From the NCBI GenBank assembly GCA_963789815.1, contig CAWBMG010000009.1, positions 137,103 to 201,102 on the forward strand: 64,000 nucleotides of DNA, given 5' to 3'. This document shows positions 57,674-64,000 of this stretch, piece by piece (within the stretch, counting starts at the first letter, position 1; the number at the start of each line of letters is the position of its first letter). A model generated the notes under the pieces. The model was given only the letters and a program-made list of their open reading frames with translations, searched no databases and was not told the DNA's origin. This stretch comes from an uncultured Acidobacteriota bacterium. Lineage in GTDB: Bacteria; Acidobacteriota; Vicinamibacteria; Vicinamibacterales; UBA2999. Both the position numbers and the translations under genes were made by a program.

Positions 57674-58582
57674 TTATTTCGATCGCGCGAAGAACTCGTC
57701 GTAGAGCTCGTCGAGCCTGGCCTGTGGGAACGGCCAACCGAGATCGTCGGTCTTCAGCTTGCTTCCGAGCTCCTCTTTCTTGATGGCCGATCGACCGAGG
57801 TCCATCATGCGCTGACGCAGCGTCACAAGCTTCTGTCGGTACGATCGGATCTCGTCTTTTGTCAGCACGGGGCCATGGCCGGGAATCGCCGCGTCGAAAT
57901 CCAACTGAAGGAGCTTGTCCAGCGTCCCGACCCATTCGGCGAGGCTGCCGCCGTTCGCGCGGTCAACGAACGGCGTCAGCACGGTGCCGTCAGTCCGCTT
58001 CCCCCACACGACGAGGTCGCCGGTATGTACGGTTCGCAGATCTGGAAAGTAGATGACCGCGTCTCCGTTCGTGTGCCCTCGCCCCATGTGAATCGCGCGA
58101 ACCTCGACACCGCCGAGGAAGACGGATGCCTCGTCGGTGAACACGACGCGCGGTGGTGCCGCCTGCTTGTTTCTGACCATGTTCGTACGCGCGTTGCGGT
58201 GAGCAATGATCTCGGCAAACGCAATGAATTCCGGATGACCGCCGGTATGGTCGCCATGACTGTGAGTGCTCAGGACGTACCTAATCGGTTGTGACGTCAC
58301 GGAGCGGACCTTGGGCACGATCTCGGCCGAGGGCGGCGGAAATTTGTCGTCGACGATGAGCGCGCCCTCGCTCGTCACGCGGACGGCAACGTTGCCGCCG
58401 GTCGCGGCGCCGTCGTAGCCAGGGATGACGTAGAGCCCTTCTTTGAGCTTGCGAATGGCTGTAGAGAACGGCTCGCCTTCCGGCTGCTGGCTGGCGGCGA
58501 ATGGAATCGTGGCCAGAGCCAAAAGGCCAAGACCGAGCGCCACAAAGAGCCTTAACTGAATGTTGCCAAATCGAGCGGACAT
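57674..58582 (-). CDS. secreted MBL-fold metallo-hydrolase (paralog of 7590..8537)
   Basis: HSHGDHTGG motif. The start is taken at the ATG ending at 58582 (MSARFGNIQLRLFVALGLGLLALA signal peptide). It aligns along its length with the first MBL protein. Confidence 0.85.
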   Translation of the reverse strand: MSARFGNIQLRLFVALGLGLLALATIPFAASQQPEGEPFSTAIRKLKEGLYVIPGYDGAATGGNVAVRVTSEGALIVDDKFPPPSAEIVPKVRSVTSQPIRYVLSTHSHGDHTGGHPEFIAFAEIIAHRNARTNMVRNKQAAPPRVVFTDEASVFLGGVEVRAIHMGRGHTNGDAVIYFPDLRTVHTGDLVVWGKRTDGTVLTPFVDRANGGSLAEWVGTLDKLLQLDFDAAIPGHGPVLTKDEIRSYRQKLVTLRQRMMDLGRSAIKKEELGSKLKTDDLGWPFPQARLDELYDEFFARSK

Positions 58583-58655
58583 GTCCGCGGTCCTCCGAAA
58601 GTCCGAAGGAGGACAGACTAGCAGATTCCCGGGGCGGCTGGGCGCTGAGAGGACA

Positions 58656-58695
58656 GAGAACGCAGAGGACGAGTCCACGCATTCTCTGCGTTCTC
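58656..58695 (-). terminator. hairpin downstream of fasciclin gene
   Basis: GAGAACGCAGAG (58656-58667) and CTCTGCGTTCTC (58684-58695) form a perfect 12-bp stem with a 16-nt loop. There is no U-tail, so function is inferred from position only. Confidence 0.45.
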
Positions 58696-58711
58696 CGCTT
58701 GCTCTGCAGGC

Positions 58712-59263
58712 TCAGTTGGGCATCGCAACCGTGTCGATCACGTGAATTACACCGTTCGACTGGAAGACGTTGGCCTGGGTAATCATCGCCATCCTGCCCT
58801 TTTCGTCCTTGAGCACGATGTCGTTGCCGTGCAGCATCGCCCAGAGCATGCCGCCACTCGCCGTCTTCAACGTGGCGGAACCGTTGCCGCTTTTGATCTG
58901 CTTCCTTAGGTCAGCGCTCGACCACTTTCCAGGCACTACGTGATAGGTGAGTACCTTGGTCAAGGTCCCCTTATTCTCTGGCTTGAGGAGCATGTCGACG
59001 GTACCGGAAGGGAGCTTCGCAAAGGCAGCGTTGGTGGGTGCGAAGACCGTGAACGGCCCGGCTCCCTGAAGTGTCTCTGCCAGGCCCGCGGCCTTTACGG
59101 CCGCGACGAGTGTCGTGTGATCGGCTGAGTTCACGGCGTTCTCGATGATGTTCTTGCTCGGGAACATCTCTTTGCCGCCAACCGTCGGATTCTTGGCCGC
59201 CCCTGTCGCTACCGTCATCGCCACGACGGCCAACGCGGTTCCGCAAAATGTTCGAAGTGTCAT
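58712..59263 (-). CDS. fasciclin (FAS1) domain protein
   Basis: Signal peptide, then ADHTTLVAAVKAAGLAETLQGAGPFTVFAPTNAAFAKLP and NGVIHVIDTV, the FAS1 H1/H2 motifs. Confidence 0.9.
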   Translation of the reverse strand: MTLRTFCGTALAVVAMTVATGAAKNPTVGGKEMFPSKNIIENAVNSADHTTLVAAVKAAGLAETLQGAGPFTVFAPTNAAFAKLPSGTVDMLLKPENKGTLTKVLTYHVVPGKWSSADLRKQIKSGNGSATLKTASGGMLWAMLHGNDIVLKDEKGRMAMITQANVFQSNGVIHVIDTVAMPN

Positions 59264-59348
59264 CTCTTTTGGTCCTTTCCATCAGGCGCGTCTGGCGCGC
59301 GTTCTCTCCTTCTCTACGGAGGACCGAGAGACTTGGATGGGGAGACCC

Positions 59349-59567
59349 TTAGCTTTCGGGGCGCTCGACACGGCCGTCGGCGTGTCGCGCGAAGCGCCCC
59401 TCGTCGCGACCGTGCACGGGAGCATCAACAGGCCATGGCCAGCCACCGAACTGCGTTCGGCGGCAGTCGTCGAACGCTTGCTCGAGCTCCGACCGTGTTT
59501 GTTCAGCAATGAGGATGCCGTCAGAGGGTGACCAGGGTGCGCTGTACTGGCCGCATCCGGTCAGCAC
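59349..59567 (-). CDS. possible small hypothetical protein
   Basis: 72-aa ORF in an otherwise empty 336-bp gap. Its third-position GC looks coding-like, but I see no recognisable motif, RBS or homology. Confidence 0.25.
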   Translation of the reverse strand: MLTGCGQYSAPWSPSDGILIAEQTRSELEQAFDDCRRTQFGGWPWPVDAPVHGRDEGRFARHADGRVERPES

Positions 59568-59599
59568 GCGCTTTGCACTTCACTGCGCCGGAGGTGCGG

Positions 59600-59788
59600 A
59601 TGGCAAAGTACGGAGCGTCGGCGTCGAAGAGCGTCGAATCAGCGATGCGTCGGAAGAAGAAGGGGACGCTTCGAAGCGGGTCGGGGCAAAAGGTGACGAG
59701 CCGGAACCAGGCGATCGCAATCGGCCTGAGTGAGGCACGGAAGAAGGGGGCGAAGGTTCCGAGTCGGAAATCGTCGAGAGAAAGGTAG
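59600..59788 (+). CDS. DUF6496-like small basic protein
   Basis: ATG 59600 follows GGAGGTG. MAKYGASASKSVESAMRRKKKGTLRSGSGQKVTSRNQAIAIGLSEARKKGAKVP matches the DUF6496 pattern as I recall it. Confidence 0.7.
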   Translation: MAKYGASASKSVESAMRRKKKGTLRSGSGQKVTSRNQAIAIGLSEARKKGAKVPSRKSSRER

Positions 59789-59794
59789 GCGGCC

Positions 59795-61405
59795 TTACCC
59801 TATCGCCCGTGTGCTGGCGACGGCCAGTGCGCGGAAGAGCTCGAGGTCCGTGACCGGCTTGACCAAATGCACATCGAAGCCCGCCTCGGAGGTGCGCTGC
59901 CTATCCTGTGGCTGCCCCCACCCTGTGAGGGCAACGAGGGTTGCGTGCTTCCCCCAAGGCCGGCAACGCATCTCTCGTGCGGTTTCGTACCCGTCCATTT
60001 GCGGCATCCCGAGGTCAAGCAGAACGACCTCTGGTCGGAACGTCGTCGCAACCTCGAGCGCTTCCAGGCCATCGTGCGCGATGCGGACGTCGTGTCCGGC
60101 CAGCTGAAGCTGCACTTCCAACGACTCAGCGGCGTCACGGTTGTCGTCAGCCACGAGTATGCGGCGAGGGCCCACAGATGGGATCACGTCGGATTCAGGC
60201 TGTGTCGCCACGAGCATGGCCGGGCTTGCCGACATGGGCAAGCGGACCGAGACTTCGGTGCCGTGCCCGAGACCGGCGCTGGCCGCCGTGACGGTTCCGC
60301 CATGCATTTCCGTGAGGCGCCGAACCAGCGCGAGCCCGATTCCCAGTCCGCCCGGCGACGTGCGGGCCTTGCCGTGGACCTGCGCGAACAGGTCGAAGAT
60401 GCGGGGCACGCTCTCGTGCGGGATTCCAATACCCGAGTCTTTGACCCTGATCAGGACCATGGAACCTTCACGCGTGACTGAAAGCCACACACAACCGCCA
60501 ACATCGGTGAACTTTGCGGCATTGTGCAGAATGTTCCCGACAATCTGGACCAAGCGCGTCTCGTCGCCTTCGACAACGATCGCTTCATCCGGCACATCCA
60601 ACACGAGCTCGTGCTGACGAGCATCGATCGCCGGCCGCGCGGTTTCAACCGCGCGAGCGACGATGGCGCCAATCGAGAGAGGTTCGCGTTCAAGGGTGAT
60701 CATGCCGCGGGTGATGCGCGACACATCGAGCAGATCGTCGATCAGGGACACGAGATGTTCCACCTGCCGCTCGATCACGTCGCGCGCGCGTGTACGGTCT
60801 GATTCGCCGAGCTCGTTCCGGCGCAAAATCTGCACGGCCGTACGGATGGGTGCCAGGGGATTGCGCAGCTCGTGCGCAAGCATCGCGAGGAATTCGTCCT
60901 TTCGCCGGTCAGCCTCCTTGAGGGCCTCGGTCGTTGCCTCGAGCGCGGCTGTGCGGTCGGCGACTCGCTGTTCGAGCTCGCGGTTGAGGTGCTCGAGCGC
61001 GCGCGTCTTCCGGTACAGTTCTGCGAAGACACTCACTTTCGCGCGAAGAATCGCCGGAACCACTGGAACTGGCACGTAGTCGACTGCGCCGCACTCGTAG
61101 CCACGGAGCCGATCGAGATCGGTCATCAAGATCGCAGACACGAAAATCAGAGAGGTTTTCTGAAAACGCGGGTGTTGTCGAATCATCGCCGCCAGGTCGT
61201 ACCCATCGAACTCCGGCATGCACACGTCCACGAGCACGACCGCGATCTCGTTCTTCAGCAGACAGTCGAGCGCCTCATTTGCAGAGCTGGCAGTAATGAG
61301 ATTCTCACCGAGCTCGCCGAGAATCGCTTGGTACGTGAGGAGCTTCGATGGCTGGTCATCTACCAGGAGGATATTGACCGTGTCAGTCTGTATCGGAGTC
61401 GTCAT
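59795..61405 (-). CDS. hybrid histidine kinase (REC + HisKA + HATPase_c + REC)
   Basis: ATG 61403-61405 (MTTPIQTDTVNILLVDDQPS). FLAMLAHELRNPLAPI, KDSGIGI, GLGIGLALV, and a C-terminal ILVADDNRD...VLLDLGMPQMDGYE receiver. Confidence 0.88.
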   Translation of the reverse strand: MTTPIQTDTVNILLVDDQPSKLLTYQAILGELGENLITASSANEALDCLLKNEIAVVLVDVCMPEFDGYDLAAMIRQHPRFQKTSLIFVSAILMTDLDRLRGYECGAVDYVPVPVVPAILRAKVSVFAELYRKTRALEHLNRELEQRVADRTAALEATTEALKEADRRKDEFLAMLAHELRNPLAPIRTAVQILRRNELGESDRTRARDVIERQVEHLVSLIDDLLDVSRITRGMITLEREPLSIGAIVARAVETARPAIDARQHELVLDVPDEAIVVEGDETRLVQIVGNILHNAAKFTDVGGCVWLSVTREGSMVLIRVKDSGIGIPHESVPRIFDLFAQVHGKARTSPGGLGIGLALVRRLTEMHGGTVTAASAGLGHGTEVSVRLPMSASPAMLVATQPESDVIPSVGPRRILVADDNRDAAESLEVQLQLAGHDVRIAHDGLEALEVATTFRPEVVLLDLGMPQMDGYETAREMRCRPWGKHATLVALTGWGQPQDRQRTSEAGFDVHLVKPVTDLELFRALAVASTRAIG

Positions 61406-61413
61406 GGACCTTC

Positions 61414-64000
61414 CTATCGATGCAGCCACATGCGAAGCGCAGACAACAGCTGTTCCGTATTGACCGGCTTGGCGAGGTAATCGGAGGCACCGGCCTCGAA
61501 GCACTTCTCACGATCCCCTTTCATCGCCTTGGCGGTCAGCGCGATGATCGGAAGGCGCCGGAACGTGGGATTCTGTCTAATCGCCTGCATCGTCTCATAG
61601 CCATCCATTTCAGGCATCATGATGTCCATCAGCACGATCGCGACGCCTGGAGTCACTTCCAACAACCGGGTCGCTTCGCTGCCAGTGCTGGCCGTGAGGA
61701 CCTTCATTCCCCGCCGTTCAAGCACACTGCTCAGCGCAAAGATGTTCCGCACGTCGTCGTCCACGACGAGAACAGCCTTGCCGATGAGATCGTCGTCCGA
61801 GCGGTGTAACTGCTCGAGCATCCGTTGCTTTTCCGTCGGCAAATCGGAAAGGACTCGATGCAGGAAGAGGGATGTCTCGTCGAGCAGGCGCTCAGGAGAC
61901 TCGACTCCCTTGACAACAACGCTGCGAGCGAGCGTGTGCAGCTTGGCATCTTCTTCGGCGGACAACTCACGGCCCGTGAACACAACAACCGGAAGGTCCG
62001 ACAATTCTTTGTTCTGGCTGATGCGTTCCAGTACGTCGAACCCCGACATGTCGGGCAGCCGCAGATCGAGCACCACGCAGTCGCACGGCTGTTCCGCCAT
62101 GGCAGCCATGGCAGCTTCCCCGGTATCAGCCGTCACGATGTCCACGTCGTCATGACCGAGCAGCTCCTTGATGCTCAATTGCTCGGCAGCGTTGTCCTCG
62201 ACGACAAGCAATCTCTTCCGTCGCGGCATCGCGTACGCCTTGATGCGTGAGACCGCCTCCCCTAGTCCTTCCGACGTCGTTGGCTTGCTGATGAACGAGA
62301 AGGCTCCCCGCGCCAAGCCGTGTCGCCGATCCTCATCGAGCGTCACGATCTGGACGGGAATATGACGCGTCTCAGGATCCTGTTTCAAGTGGCTGAGGAC
62401 CGTCCACCCGAGCATGTCGGGGAGGAATACGTCGAGCGACACGGCGGTTGGACGGAACTGCCGGGCGAGGCTCAGTGCATCAGCGCCACGCGAGGCCACC
62501 AGCGCTTTCAACCCGTTCTCGTGCGCCACTTCTACGAGAATTCGGGCGTAACGCGGGTCATCTTCCACAATCAGCAACATAGAATCGTCAGCCTGTAGAT
62601 CCTCGCGATCGTCCAGCACGACCTCCAAGGCTCGTTCAGGCTGCCGGATGGCCGAGAGCGTCGCCAATGCCGAGGTCGTCAGTTGTCTCATGTGGCCGCT
62701 GCCATCACCAGTGCGACCCGCGACAGACGGTCCGGCATACATGAGCGGCAAGTAAAGCGTGAACGTACTGCCAACACTCGGCGTGCTGCGCAGGTGAATT
62801 TCGCCTCCGAGCAAATTCGACAGCTCGCGACTGATAGCCAGACCAAGTCCGGTGCCGCCGTACTTCCGGCTCGTACTGGCGTCGGCCTGCTGGAACGCCT
62901 CGAAGATAATCCGCTGCTTCTCGGCGGGGATTCCAATGCCAGTGTCGGATACTTCGAACGACACGACATTGCCGGCCTGGCTGAGCACTGGGTGACTGGA
63001 CGTCCAGCCCCCCGCGACTTCCGACACGTTCAGCCGCACGCCACCGTGTGAGGTGAACTTGAAGGCATTCGACAACAGGTTCTTGAGCACCTGTTGCAAG
63101 CGTTTGGAGTCCGTGACGATGCCACGGCCGAGCCGCGGGTCCACCTGGATGTCGAACGAGAGACCACGACTCTCGGCCTCGTGCCTGAACGTTCGCCCAA
63201 CCATGTCGAGCAAGCTCGTGAAGTAGACCTCCTCGGCGTCGACTGTCACGGTGCCCGACTCGATCTTCGACAAGTCGAGAATGTCGGTGATGAGGTTGAG
63301 GAGGTCAGTGCCGGCACCGTGAATCGTGCGCGCGAACTCGACCTGCTTGCCGGTCAGGTTGCGATCGGGGTTGTCGGAGAGTTGTTGACCGAGGATCAAG
63401 ATGCTGTTGAGCGGTGTTCTGAGCTCGTGCGACATGTTGGCAAGGAATTCCGACTTGTACTTGGACGTCAGCGCCAGCTCCGCCGCCTTGTCTTCCAGCG
63501 CACGCCGAGCCTGCTCGATTTCCTGGTTCTTGCGTTCGACCTCTGCGTTCTGCTCGGCGAGCTGCTGCGCCTTTTGCGCGAGCTGATCGTTGGTCTGCTG
63601 CAATTCCTTCTGCTGGGTCTGCAGCTCACCGGCAAGCTGCTGCGATTGCTTCAGCAGCCCTTCCGTCTGCATCGTCGCCTCGATACTGTTGAGTACGATA
63701 CCGATACTGGCCGTCAACTGTTCGAGAAACGCGAGATGCGTCGGCGAGAACTCGTTCAAAGACGCGATCCCGAGTACGGCCATGATCTGTCCTTCGAAGA
63801 CCACTGGAAACACAACCAGGTTCTTGGGCAGCGCGTGGAAGAAGACGGACCCCACGGGAGTGGTGTCAGCAGGCACATCCGACACGAGAATGCGGCGCAT
63901 GCTCCGCGCACACTGCCCGATGAAACCTTCACCCAGTCGGAGCTCTTGTGGATACGGATGATCGTAAACGTCGGCGTAGCTGGCCAGCATGACCAGATGT
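61414..64000 (-). CDS. hybrid sensor histidine kinase (GAF + coiled coil + HisKA + HATPase_c + 3 REC), 5' end outside window
   Basis: The frame stays open to the window edge. The partial GAF domain (GEGFIGQCA) is followed by FLANMSHELRTPLNS, SDTGIGI and GTGLGLAIS. There are three receivers (LLIVEDDPRY, LLVVEDNAAE, VLVVDDDVRN). It ends 8 nt before the next kinase gene. Confidence 0.88.
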   Translation of the reverse strand, partial: HLVMLASYADVYDHPYPQELRLGEGFIGQCARSMRRILVSDVPADTTPVGSVFFHALPKNLVVFPVVFEGQIMAVLGIASLNEFSPTHLAFLEQLTASIGIVLNSIEATMQTEGLLKQSQQLAGELQTQQKELQQTNDQLAQKAQQLAEQNAEVERKNQEIEQARRALEDKAAELALTSKYKSEFLANMSHELRTPLNSILILGQQLSDNPDRNLTGKQVEFARTIHGAGTDLLNLITDILDLSKIESGTVTVDAEEVYFTSLLDMVGRTFRHEAESRGLSFDIQVDPRLGRGIVTDSKRLQQVLKNLLSNAFKFTSHGGVRLNVSEVAGGWTSSHPVLSQAGNVVSFEVSDTGIGIPAEKQRIIFEAFQQADASTSRKYGGTGLGLAISRELSNLLGGEIHLRSTPSVGSTFTLYLPLMYAGPSVAGRTGDGSGHMRQLTTSALATLSAIRQPERALEVVLDDREDLQADDSMLLIVEDDPRYARILVEVAHENGLKALVASRGADALSLARQFRPTAVSLDVFLPDMLGWTVLSHLKQDPETRHIPVQIVTLDEDRRHGLARGAFSFISKPTTSEGLGEAVSRIKAYAMPRRKRLLVVEDNAAEQLSIKELLGHDDVDIVTADTGEAAMAAMAEQPCDCVVLDLRLPDMSGFDVLERISQNKELSDLPVVVFTGRELSAEEDAKLHTLARSVVVKGVESPERLLDETSLFLHRVLSDLPTEKQRMLEQLHRSDDDLIGKAVLVVDDDVRNIFALSSVLERRGMKVLTASTGSEATRLLEVTPGVAIVLMDIMMPEMDGYETMQAIRQNPTFRRLPIIALTAKAMKGDREKCFEAGASDYLAKPVNTEQLLSALRMWLHR

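Noticed and set aside
59561-59576. CAGCAC-GCGCT-TTGCA at 59561-59576(+), before the DUF6496-like gene. A similar TAGCAC-GTTTG-TTGCA lies at 46557-46572(+), before the receiver gene.
   Set aside because: Both have a perfect -12 TTGCA and sit 25-26 nt from the ATG. But the -24 dinucleotide is AG instead of the near-invariant GG of sigma-54 promoters. I did not call them promoters, though their recurrence makes them worth including in a TSS experiment.

Overview
High-GC bacterial chromosomal segment. Its gene content (many sigma-54 and hybrid-kinase genes, DUF5916 outer-membrane proteins) suggests an Acidobacteriota-like soil organism, but that is inference only. I can support about 55 protein-coding genes. 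By eye I found no rRNA, tRNA, CRISPR array, transposase or integrase. All family names come from motifs I recognise in the translations; no HMM or BLAST search was run.

Main content:
- Two tandem DUF5916/CBM9-like outer-membrane genes.
- Nitronate monooxygenase, a secreted LPMO-like protein, and hmgA.
- A tight VTC(polyphosphate polymerase-like)-DUF4956-CotH-CotH operon.
- A second DUF4956 module: secreted kinase-fold protein, DUF4956, PLD-like protein.
- A ParB-N/degenerate-histidine-kinase fusion, followed by HTH and PP2C genes.
- An HD-GYP gene with a large HEAT-like partner.
- An Omp85-like/metallophosphoesterase operon.
- A giant (~2850 codon) cyclic beta-1,2-glucan synthase.
- An NtrC-type two-component system surrounded by small stress-type genes (YtxH, CsbD, DUF948-like, lmo0937-like, BON, DksA/TraR-like, ferritin-like). 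Many of these are preceded by clear -24/-12 sigma-54 promoter motifs.
- Several hybrid histidine kinases.

Sequence-level structure not explained by genes:
- A repeat family of hairpin elements built from GGGAGTTG/CAACTCCC units, found at three convergent gene junctions.
- Two other long palindromes built from short tandem repeats.
- Six single-base frame disruptions in five otherwise intact conserved genes. These are most likely consensus indel errors, but they should be checked.

The best candidates for an undescribed system are the two DUF4956-centred modules, which couple a membrane protein to secreted atypical kinases and to polyphosphate/phosphodiester-type enzymes.
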